In this document: in pieces, positions 53,555 to 62,880 of the stretch | Numbering within the stretch: position 1 is the stretch's first letter | Layout of the letters: each line of letters starts with the position of its first letter | NCBI GenBank assembly: GCA_963827235.1 | Contig: CAWHAE010000008.1 | Span: 32,001-96,000 of the forward strand | From: an uncultured bacterium | GTDB lineage: Bacteria > Chloroflexota > UBA5177 > JANWHV01 | Reading direction: 5' to 3' | Length of the DNA: 64,000 nt | Notes under the pieces: model-generated | Told to the model about the DNA's origin: nothing | The model's input: only the letters and a program-made list of their open reading frames with translations | The model's database searches: none | Made by a program: the position numbers and the translations under genes

Positions 53555-55123
53555 ATGTCCTCATCAAGCTCGATCGCCCGAGAGACGATCGTTATTCTGG
53601 ATTTTGGCTCGCAATACAGCCGGTTGATAGCGCGGCGCATACGAGATTGCAACGTGTACTGCGAGATCGTCTCGCCGAGCGCTCCCTGGGCGGAACTGGC
53701 AGCTCTTCGGCCCAAGGGGTTCGTTTTGAGCGGCGGACCCAGCAGCGTCTACGAGCCCGGCGCGCCTCAAGCACCCCTGGAGCTGTTTGCCAGCGGTCTC
53801 CCGGTGCTGGGAATCTGCTATGGCATGCATCTGCTTGCTCACCAGCAAGGCGGCTCCATTATCGGCTCAATGCAGCGAGAATATGGACCGGCGGACGTCG
53901 AGGTGCTCGAGCATACTAGTGTGTTCGAGGGCCTTCCTGCTTCCTTTAAGGCGTGGATGAGTCATGGCGACGCCGTGGGCCACTTGCCGCCCGGGTATCG
54001 GGTGATCGGGCGCACGGACACGACGCCGGTTGCGGCCATCGCCGACGACAAGGGGCACGTTGGGGTGCAGTTCCACCCGGAGGTCGTTCACACCCCAATA
54101 GGCCAGGCCCTGCTCCGGACGTTCGTGCGTGACGTCTGCGGATGCCACGGCACGTGGACACCGGAAAACGTGATCGAGGAGCAGATCGCGCGCATCCGCG
54201 CCCAGGTCGGTGACGGGCGCGTGCTCTGCGGGTTGAGCGGTGGAGTCGACAGCGCGGTAGCGGCTACCTTGATTTCCAGGGCGATCGGCGATCGCCTGAT
54301 TTGCGTATTCGTGGACAACGGCCTGCTGCGCAAAGACGAAGCCGATCAACTGCTCACCGCCTTCAAGCGCGACATGCACATTCGGGTCGAGCACGCCGAC
54401 GCGCGCACGCGCTTTCTCGGCGCACTCGCTGGCATCGAGGATCCCGAGGAAAAGCGCACGGTCATCGGACGCACCTTCATCGACGTCTTCCGCCAGGAGG
54501 CAGAGCGCATCCGCCATGAGTTCGGCGACGTGCGTTTCCTGGCGCAGGGCACGCTGTATCCCGATGTGATCGAGAGCACCAGTCACGAGACGGGCCATGC
54601 GGTCAAGATCAAGACCCATCACAACGTGGGTGGACTGCCGGCAGACTTGCCTTTTGAGCTGGTCGAGCCGCTGCGCTACCTGTTCAAGGACGAGGCGCGC
54701 AAGGTGGGCCTGGCATTGGGCCTCACGGAGTCGATGGTGTTTCGCCAGCCTTTCCCCGGCCCCGGCCTGGCCGTGCGTATCCTCGGCGAGGTAACTGAGG
54801 AGCGGCTGCGCGTTCTGCGGGAAGCCGATCACATCGTGGTCTCCGAGGTCAAGCGGGCGGGACTATACCGTGAGCTCTGGCAGTCGTTTGCCGTGCTGAC
54901 ACCGCTGCGCAGCGTGGGCGTAATGGGCGACTATCGCACCTATGCCAACGTGCTGGCCATTCGCGCGGTGACCAGCGACGACGCCATGACGGCAGACTGG
55001 GCGCGGTTGCCCTACGACGTGCTGGCCTCGATCGCGAACCGCGTGGTGAACGAGATACCGGCCATCAATCGCGTCGTGTACGACATCAGCTCGAAGCCGC
55101 CGGCAACGATCGAATGGGAGTGA
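53555..55123 (+). CDS. guaA: GMP synthase
   Basis: [43 protein letters not shown]. Confidence 0.97.
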   Translation: MSSSSSIARETIVILDFGSQYSRLIARRIRDCNVYCEIVSPSAPWAELAALRPKGFVLSGGPSSVYEPGAPQAPLELFASGLPVLGICYGMHLLAHQQGGSIIGSMQREYGPADVEVLEHTSVFEGLPASFKAWMSHGDAVGHLPPGYRVIGRTDTTPVAAIADDKGHVGVQFHPEVVHTPIGQALLRTFVRDVCGCHGTWTPENVIEEQIARIRAQVGDGRVLCGLSGGVDSAVAATLISRAIGDRLICVFVDNGLLRKDEADQLLTAFKRDMHIRVEHADARTRFLGALAGIEDPEEKRTVIGRTFIDVFRQEAERIRHEFGDVRFLAQGTLYPDVIESTSHETGHAVKIKTHHNVGGLPADLPFELVEPLRYLFKDEARKVGLALGLTESMVFRQPFPGPGLAVRILGEVTEERLRVLREADHIVVSEVKRAGLYRELWQSFAVLTPLRSVGVMGDYRTYANVLAIRAVTSDDAMTADWARLPYDVLASIANRVVNEIPAINRVVYDISSKPPATIEWE

Positions 55124-55127
55124 CGTC

Positions 55128-56560
55128 GTGAACGCGCTGGTGATCGGCAGCGGCGGCCGGGAACACGCGCTGGCCTGGAAGCTGAGCAGAAGCCCAGGCA
55201 TCCGCACCGTCTACACGGCACCGGGGAACTATGGCACCAATCTCGTGGGGCCGAATGTGCAGATCTCCGCCTCCGGATCCCGCCTCCCTCGCCGACTGGG
55301 CTGCCGAGAACAAGATCGACCTGACCGTGGTAGGTCCGGAGAGCGCCCTGGCCTGTGGCATCGTCGATGTCTTCCGCGAGCGCAAACTGCGCATCTTCGG
55401 ACCGACCCGTGCCGCCGCGCAGCTGGAGACGAGCAAAGCATTCGCCAAGGCGTTTATGCTCCGCCACGACATACCGACGGCGCCGTACCGCGTGTTCTCT
55501 GAGCTGCCTGACGTCGAGCAGTATCTGCGGCAGTTGCCCGACGATCAGTACCCCGTGGTGGTGAAGGCCGATGGGCTTGCCTCTGGCAAGGGAGTGACGG
55601 TGGCGGCAGACCGGCACGTAGCGATCGGCGCTGCGCGTCTGGCTCTGCAGCAACCTGGAGCGCAGCCGGCGCCGCAAGTCCTGATCGAGGATTGCCTGGT
55701 CGGCTACGAGGTTTCATTCATGGCGATCAGCGACGGCACGACGGTGGTGCCGCTGGCGCCATCGCGCGACTACAAGCGGGCCTTCGACGGTAACACGGGC
55801 CCAATGACCGGCGGCATGGGCGCTTACTCGCCGGTATCCACGGTCACGGCCGAGCTCAGCGAGGAGATCATGGCGCGGGTCGTCAGGCCCACCATCGAGG
55901 GCATGGCCGCCGAGGGCAACCCGTACCAGGGCGTCCTCTACGCTGGCCTCATGATCACGCGTGCCGGGCCGCATGTGCTTGAGTTCAACGCGAGATTCGG
56001 CGACCCGGAGACCCAGGTCGTGCTTCCGCGCCTGGACACCGACCTCTACATCGTGCTGGACGCCGCTGTCGACGGAGAGCTCGGTAGCCTCAGACCGCTC
56101 GTCTGGGCCCGCGACGCCGCCTGTGGTGTGGTCGTGGCGTCCGAGGGGTACCCGGGCGACGTCGAGACAGGTTACGGCATCGTCGGTCTGGGCAGCACCG
56201 GGCAGTCGAGCTGGATCTTCCACAATGGGACGCGGAATCCGTTCGTGAAGGCGGAGACTCTCCTCGCACCAAAGATCGAGCGGCAGTCACGCGGTGCGCT
56301 GGGTGGGCGGTCGCTTTTCGGCATGCTGTTGCCAGGCCGCGGCGATGGGGCAGAACGCGGACAGGCAGGCGGCGATGACGATGCGCGGACGCGAGAGCCA
56401 GGTCATCACCAGCGGCGGGCGCGTGCTGACGCTGGTCTCGCGTGCCCGAAGCCTGGCAGATGCGCGCAAGGCCGCGTACGATCTTCGCGAGTCCGTCACG
56501 TTTACCGGCTGCTGGAGCCGGGTGGACATCGCCGCCGACGACGCAGCGCTGGGCACATGA
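55128..56560 (+). CDS. purD: Phosphoribosylamine--glycine ligase (two +1 frameshifts; insertion in the C-domain)
   Basis: GSGGREHALAW, VVKADGLASGKGV, TGGMGAYSP, EFNARFGDPETQ, TSGGRVL. Confidence 0.92.
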
Positions 56561-57934
56561 GTCACGCAGGGCGAATGATGGCGGTCTTCGCTGCTGCTGT
56601 ACTGCTGACCGTCTTGAGCAGTGTAGCGAGCGGCGGTGTCGTGGCACGCAAAGCAGAGGTGCCGGTCGTGGCCAGGCCCTCGCGGACTCCGGTCAGCGCT
56701 GCCCGACGGCCGTCCACTGCCACGCCCACGGCCGTGCGGCGATCGCCAACCGCCACGGCAACACCTCCACCTCCCACTCCGACCGGTACGCCGGCCGTGA
56801 TGCAACTGCCGGACGGGCTCCCTGCTGCTGGCCCGACCGCCGGCACCGCCGCGGCTGGGTGCGCTGGATCACGCCATCGTGTTCGATGACGGTATGCAGG
56901 TCGTGCTAGTGCCGTCCGGGGGATCGCCGGTGGCGCTCTCCAATCTATCGGACAATCCTGGTCCATTCAAGCGCCCGAGGTTCAGCGGCCAACAGTTCGT
57001 GTACTACGACGGGGCATTCTACCTCGGAGACATCTTCGGCCACCGCTCGCCCATCCCGCCGCCTACCGTGACCGATGAGCTCGTCTACGACGCGTGGCCT
57101 TCGCCGGATGGCCGCTACATCGCGTGGGTCCTTGTGACTCCCGGCACCTGGCAGGGCGTCAAGTTCAGCATGGCCGCGAGCCGCATCGTGCTGACCGACC
57201 AGTCCGGCGCCAATCCGAGAGTGCTGCTGCAGCAGACGATTGACGGTGACGGAGGCGTGCCGATCGTCTACGGTTGGCGGAACGGCAATCCGGCCACTTT
57301 GCTGGTGCAGAACAGCTACGGTTTTGCCGGGCTTCACAAGGGTCTCGAGGAATTCGATCCCGCTACGCTGGACCTCGTGGGCGATTGGCTGCCGCCGGAT
57401 GGCGAGGCTACACAGCCGCAGGGTGAGGTGCTCGGCGTGAGTCCCTCCGGAGCCAGCATGGCCTATGCGACCAAGGACCTTCTGTTGCCATCCGGGGAGG
57501 GACCACTGCCCGCCAATCTCTTGGTAATGACCTTCAAGGGCCGAAACACGACGCTCGTCGACACGGCCGCGCAGCACAAAGATCCGGCGCTGCCCAAGCA
57601 GCCGGCTCCGAGCGCCTACGTGTTTAGCAGACAGGTCTACGTGTCGCCCGACGACACTGTGGTTGCCTATACGAGGCTGGACGTGATCTACCCCAAGGGC
57701 GTTCGTGTGCCCTACATCCGCCCAGTTGCATGCATCGCCAGGGTCAACGGCGCCGCGAAAGCCGACCTTGCGGCCGGCTTTCGCGTTATGGGCTGGGTGG
57801 ACAATAACACCCTGGTGCTGCGCAAAGACGATCAGCCTAAGACGGGCCTCTACACGTACAGCCTGGCCACGAGTGTGAAGACGCGCGTGGCGCCGGGCAA
57901 CTCCAGCTTCGAGGTCGACGGCGTCGTGCCATGA
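56557..57934 (+). CDS. Secreted TolB-like beta-propeller protein (+1 frameshift near 56822)
   Basis: Signal peptide, P/T linker, WPSPDGRYIAW / VSPSG / VSPDD repeats; ATGA overlap with purD. Confidence 0.75.
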
Positions 57935-58075
57935 GGCGCGTTGCGGTATCCTAGAACATGCGACCGTTAATCAGTCTGCTGGGCCGCGGTCCCTCGCGCG
58001 TGCCGCGAGCCGGCGAAGCAGGTTGACCGCCGGATGGTGTGCAGGCCGGCTGGCTGTGCCGGGAGTGTTTCGTGC

Positions 58076-60370
58076 ATGACTGAGGGTTCTCCTATCTCCT
58101 TGGACGGCACGGTTGCGCGAGTCACCTTCTATAACCCCGAGAACGGCTTCGGAGTGGTGCAGCTCCGCCTGCGAGGCAAGGCGAAGACCGCCGCCGTCGT
58201 GGGCACGCTCCCCGCTGTGCAGCCCGGCGAGCTGCTGCGCATGACCGGGCGCTGGCGTACCGACCCGCGTCACGGAGCCCAGTTCGAGCCGCTGACCGCG
58301 GAGACCACGCGGCCGTCCGATGCTGCAGGCATCATCCTCTACCTTGGCTCGGGTATGGTCCGCCAGATCGGACCCGTGCTGGCCAAGCGAATCGTGGACA
58401 GATTCGGCGATGCCTCGCTCGACGTGCTGGATGCGACACCGGGTCGCGTGCGGGAAGTGCCCGGCATCGGTCCGCGCCGGGCGGAGGCCATCGCACGTGC
58501 CTGGTCCGAGCACATAGCTCTGCGCTCTATAGTGGGCTTCCTCTCCAGCCATGGACTCGAGCCCAGGTACGCGCCGCGCTTGCTCAAGGCCTTCGGCGCC
58601 GAGGCACCGCGAGTGCTTGCCGCGAATCCTTATCGACTGGTTGCCGAGGTACCGGGCCTCGGGTTTGCCGCCGCCGATCGCCTTGGCGCGTCCATCGGTG
58701 TGCGCTCCACGTCGCCGGCACGGCTGCAGGCCGCCGTGCTGGCCACGTTGCTTCGCGCGGCCGAGCGTGGACACACACGCATGTTGCCAGGGCCGCTCGC
58801 AGCCGCAGCCGCCACTGCCACGCACGTGAGCCGCGAGCTGCTGGAGGCGGCCATCGTCCAGCAACTGTCCTCTCGTGCTATCGCATACGGTACGGAGATG
58901 AAAGCAGGAAGCCTGGAAGCAGAACGCAAAGCCGACCGTGCTGGCGACACCCTGCCGGAAGCAGTGGAAGTCGGGCCGCGCAGGGTGCGCCTGTACGTGC
59001 CGGCGGTTCAGACGATGCGGTCCGATCTCGACCTGGGGATCGGGCTCTATCGACTGTGCGAGGCCGAAGAGGATCTGTCGGCACGCATTCGCGGCCTGGC
59101 GCGTCGCGCCGGACTGTCTCCGTCTGACGTCGACCGGGTCCTAGCGGCGCAGCGAGAGATGCACGACCTTTCGGCTGAGCAGCGCGCTGCCGTGCGCGAG
59201 TCGGCACTGACGGGCATCTACGTGTTGACCGGAGGCCCGGGCGTTGGCAAGACGACCACCACGAGGGCAATTGTCCGACTGCACCTCGCACTTGGGAGAT
59301 CCGTGGCCCTGGCGGCGCCTACCGGAAAAGCAGCCAAGCGATTAAGCGACGTGGTGGGGGTTGAGGCTCGGACGCTGCACCGGCTGTTGGGATCAGATCC
59401 GCGTGGCTTCTTGCACGGTCCGAGGGAGCCGTTGCCGTTCGACACCGTGATCGTGGACGAATGCAGCATGCTGGACACGACGTTGGCACGAGCCCTGGTT
59501 CGGGCCATTGGACCGCGAACGCAGTTGCTCCTTGTCGGGGACGTCGACCAGCTTCCAAGCGTGGGACCCGGCCAGGTACTTCGTGACGTGCTGGTAAGCA
59601 ATCGGGTGCGGCACGCATCGCTCACCACGGTTTTCCGGCAGGCAGCGGCCAGCCGCATTGTGACGAATGCGCACCGGATTCGTGCCGGGAAGTTGCCCGA
59701 GCTCGCAGATCCGCGCGAACTGGCCGCGGGTGTCGATAGTGTGTTCGTGGAGGCGCGCGGCGAGCGCGTGGCGAGCCTTGGGGCGGAATGGGCGTCGCGA
59801 CTCCTTCCCGATGCACTGGGAGTCGCCGCTGGCGACGTGCAGGCGCTGGCGCCGCTCACACGCGTGTGCCAGGTGCTGAACGGCGATATGCAACAGCGGC
59901 TCAACCCGCCGGGCCGGCAGAAGGCAGAGCGGCCACACGGAGCGTTGGCTCTTCGCGAGAGCGATCGCGTCATTCAGACGCGGAACAACTATGACCTCGG
60001 AGTCTTCAACGGCGATACGGGCACCGTGGTCACGCTGGGCGATGAGGTGGTCGTGGACTTCGGGGATGGACGCACGGTTCGCTACGACGACGACGCTCTG
60101 CTCGACCTCGACCACGCCTACTGCCTGACGGTGCATCGCGCGCAGGGCAGCGAATGGCCGGGCGTTGTGGTGCTTGCCTCGTCACACTATGGCCCGACTC
60201 TCACCCGCAATCTGCTGTACACCGCAGTCACGCGAGCGCGGCGGGCGGTGGTGATAGTGGGCGATCGGCAGGCGATTGCGAGGGCTGTGGCCGACACCCG
60301 CGATGCCGAGCGCTGCACGGGCCTCGCGACTATGCTGTCGGACGCCGCTGGAGCGCAGGCAGGTGGCTGA
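58076..60370 (+). CDS. recD2: RecD2-like SF1B helicase
   Basis: N-terminal OB and HhH (VPGIG), GGPGVGKT, VDECSM, GDVDQLPSVGPG, FRQ, YCLTVHRAQGSE, LYTAVTRAR. Confidence 0.95.
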   Translation: MTEGSPISLDGTVARVTFYNPENGFGVVQLRLRGKAKTAAVVGTLPAVQPGELLRMTGRWRTDPRHGAQFEPLTAETTRPSDAAGIILYLGSGMVRQIGPVLAKRIVDRFGDASLDVLDATPGRVREVPGIGPRRAEAIARAWSEHIALRSIVGFLSSHGLEPRYAPRLLKAFGAEAPRVLAANPYRLVAEVPGLGFAAADRLGASIGVRSTSPARLQAAVLATLLRAAERGHTRMLPGPLAAAAATATHVSRELLEAAIVQQLSSRAIAYGTEMKAGSLEAERKADRAGDTLPEAVEVGPRRVRLYVPAVQTMRSDLDLGIGLYRLCEAEEDLSARIRGLARRAGLSPSDVDRVLAAQREMHDLSAEQRAAVRESALTGIYVLTGGPGVGKTTTTRAIVRLHLALGRSVALAAPTGKAAKRLSDVVGVEARTLHRLLGSDPRGFLHGPREPLPFDTVIVDECSMLDTTLARALVRAIGPRTQLLLVGDVDQLPSVGPGQVLRDVLVSNRVRHASLTTVFRQAAASRIVTNAHRIRAGKLPELADPRELAAGVDSVFVEARGERVASLGAEWASRLLPDALGVAAGDVQALAPLTRVCQVLNGDMQQRLNPPGRQKAERPHGALALRESDRVIQTRNNYDLGVFNGDTGTVVTLGDEVVVDFGDGRTVRYDDDALLDLDHAYCLTVHRAQGSEWPGVVVLASSHYGPTLTRNLLYTAVTRARRAVVIVGDRQAIARAVADTRDAERCTGLATMLSDAAGAQAGG

Positions 60371-62789
60371 GTCGCGGGAGAAAGCCGGCGCTCGCGGGCG
60401 GCGCTACGGAGATCTGGTCAGCCAGTACCTGGCGATCCGCGATCAGCATCCTGGCGTGATTTTGCTGTTCCGCGTCGGCTCGTTCTACGAAATCCTTTTC
60501 GAGGATGCCGAGCTCATCGCTGGGGTGCTTGGACTCAAGCTTGGCGATCGGCCCTCCGGCGGGACGGAGGAGCCGGTGCCGCAGTGCGGATTCACTTTCC
60601 AGGCACTCGACTCCTTTCTGCCCAGGCTGCTTGCTCACGGATACCGTGTCGCGGTGTGCGAGGAGGAGGCTGCCGAGGGGGTCGGGCCGCGCGAGAGAGC
60701 TGTCGTGCGTACGCTGACGCCGGGCACGGTGACCGACGCTCGGCTGCTGCGCGAGGATCGCCCCACCTACCTGGCGGCTCTGGTAGTGGAATCCCCGAAT
60801 CAGGCAGGATTGGCCTGGACCGATCTGGCGGCCGGGGAGTTCAGGGCCGGCGAGTTCGAGATCGGAGACGTCGCTGCCGAGCTGCAGCGACTGGACCCCG
60901 CGGAGCTCCTCCTGCCTCGCAATGCCGAAGTCCCGGGCGGTCTGATCGCCGACCGCATGGTGACCACGGTCGACGCGCGCGGTGCCGCTGGGCGACTGCG
61001 GTCGGCCTATCCCGCTTCGACTCTCGACGGGCTACCGAGGGCCGAGGCTGCTGCCGGCCTCATACTTGCGTACCTCGACCTGACGCAGGCCTCGGCCGAG
61101 GCCTCGGTGCTCGATTCTCCGCAGAAGAGCGCGTCCGGCGACGCGATGCAGCTCGACGCGGCCACGCAGACGCACCTGGAGATCGTGGAGACCGAGCACG
61201 GTCACAGCCGTGACGGCAGTCTGCTTGGCGCGCTCGATCGCACTGTCTCGCCGATGGGGCGCCGTATGCTTCGCGAATGGCTGCTGCGGCCTCTGACCGA
61301 CTTGAAGAAGATCGGCGTGCGGCAGCGCATTGTGCGCGAGCTGGTCGAGGATGAAGCGATTCGTGATACCTTGCGCTCGCGCCTCAGGGCGATGTCCGAC
61401 CTCGAGCGATTGGCCGGAAGGGCCGCTACCGGCCGCACGTCGGTCGACGATCTCCGCGCCCTGGCGGCGGCGGCGGAAGCGTTGCCGGATCTCGGATCCC
61501 TGGTTCAGAGCTGCCGGTCCTCGTTTCTGCGTGGGCTGGCCCGATCTCGGCCGTTTCTGGAACTGTTCGCCCAGGAGGCGGACCGCGTGCTGGCGCCTGA
61601 AGGCGATGCCACCGAGGTCAGTCCGCGCGCTGACCCTGACCTTGAGGGAGCTCTGTCGGATGTCGAAGCCGCGGCGCGATGGCGCGACGACTACGTCTCG
61701 TCGATCCGGCGCAGCACGGGAGTCACCCGCCTGCGTATCGATCGGTCGGCCGCACAGGGCCTGTTTCTAGAGGCGCCTGCTAACTCGCAGGTGCCGAGCA
61801 CGTGGACCAGGCGCGGCGGGCTGCAGCGGGTCGAGCGCTACAGCAGTCCCGAGCTGGAAGAGCACGCCGCCCGCCTGGCCGAGGCTGAGAGCATAGTCTC
61901 CACGGTCACGGCACGTCTCTTGTCGGGCCTCCGCGAGTGCGCGTCGTCGGCGGCCGGCGAAGCGAAGGATCTGGCCAAACACCTCGCCGCAGCTGACGCG
62001 CTGCTGTCGTTTGCCACGGTTGCTGCCGAGCGCGGCTGGGTCGCGCCGATCGTCGATGCGTCGGGCGATCTCGACATCGAGGGCGGACGGCACCCGGTAG
62101 TCGAGGCGATGAACGCGGACTTCCAGCCCAACGACACCCGGCTGTCAGCCGGATCGGAAAAGGACCAGGTAGTCGTGCTGACCGGCCCCAACATGGCCGG
62201 CAAGAGCACCTGGATGCGCCAGACGGCTCTGATCGCGTTGCTCGCGCAGGCCGGCAGCTACGTGCCTGCAGTTCGCGCGAGGGTCGGTCTGATCGACGCG
62301 ATCTTCACCCGGATAGGCGCCGTGGATGACCTCACAATCGGTCATTCGACGTTCATGGTCGAGATGCTCGAGACGGCATCGGTGCTGCGCAAAGCCACAA
62401 CCAGGAGTCTCGTCGTGCTAGACGAGATAGGCCGTGGTACCAGCACGCACGACGGCATGGCCATTGCCTGGGCAGTGGTCGAGCACTTGGCACGCGGCCC
62501 CGTGCGGCCGCGGACGATCGCGGCCACCCACTACCACGAGCTGGCGGCCCTCAGAAGCGCCTACCGGCAGATCACACTTCGCCGGGCAACCGTCGAGGAG
62601 CAGCCCGACGGCATCGCATTTCCACACCGGATCGAGGAAGGCGCCGCCGATCGCAGCTTCGGCATCGAGGTGGCGCGACTGGCCAATCTGCCGCCCGAGG
62701 TACTCGCTCGGGCGCGCCAGGTAGCAGACGCCATTGAGCCGGTCAGCGAGGAGATCGCTCGGCGACTGGGAAGAGTCGGGCGCGGCTGA
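60363..62789 (+). CDS. mutS: MutS1-family mismatch-recognition ATPase (divergent)
   Basis: FRVGSFYE, TPGT, GRRMLREWL, TGPNMAGKST, STFMVEM, DEIGRGTST, ATHYHEL, SFGIEVARLA; GTG overlaps the recD2 stop. Confidence 0.92.
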   Translation: MAESREKAGARGRRYGDLVSQYLAIRDQHPGVILLFRVGSFYEILFEDAELIAGVLGLKLGDRPSGGTEEPVPQCGFTFQALDSFLPRLLAHGYRVAVCEEEAAEGVGPRERAVVRTLTPGTVTDARLLREDRPTYLAALVVESPNQAGLAWTDLAAGEFRAGEFEIGDVAAELQRLDPAELLLPRNAEVPGGLIADRMVTTVDARGAAGRLRSAYPASTLDGLPRAEAAAGLILAYLDLTQASAEASVLDSPQKSASGDAMQLDAATQTHLEIVETEHGHSRDGSLLGALDRTVSPMGRRMLREWLLRPLTDLKKIGVRQRIVRELVEDEAIRDTLRSRLRAMSDLERLAGRAATGRTSVDDLRALAAAAEALPDLGSLVQSCRSSFLRGLARSRPFLELFAQEADRVLAPEGDATEVSPRADPDLEGALSDVEAAARWRDDYVSSIRRSTGVTRLRIDRSAAQGLFLEAPANSQVPSTWTRRGGLQRVERYSSPELEEHAARLAEAESIVSTVTARLLSGLRECASSAAGEAKDLAKHLAAADALLSFATVAAERGWVAPIVDASGDLDIEGGRHPVVEAMNADFQPNDTRLSAGSEKDQVVVLTGPNMAGKSTWMRQTALIALLAQAGSYVPAVRARVGLIDAIFTRIGAVDDLTIGHSTFMVEMLETASVLRKATTRSLVVLDEIGRGTSTHDGMAIAWAVVEHLARGPVRPRTIAATHYHELAALRSAYRQITLRRATVEEQPDGIAFPHRIEEGAADRSFGIEVARLANLPPEVLARARQVADAIEPVSEEIARRLGRVGRG

Positions 62790-62826
62790 CCGGCGGCATG
62801 CGTTAACGCCGTCGCGGGAACGCCAC

Positions 62827-62858
62827 GGGGGGCACAGGCGTCACCGCCTGTGCCCCCC
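62827..62858. terminator. Hairpin between convergent mutS and NYN genes
   Basis: gggggcacaggcg-tcac-cgcctgtgccccc. Confidence 0.7.
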
Positions 62859-62880
62859 AACTGTCCACTTGAGCCTATGA

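Noticed and set aside
55231-56889. Apparent PurD-membrane protein fusion in the ORF track
   Set aside because: It is a frameshift artefact. PurD ends at 56560 and the next gene starts at 56557.
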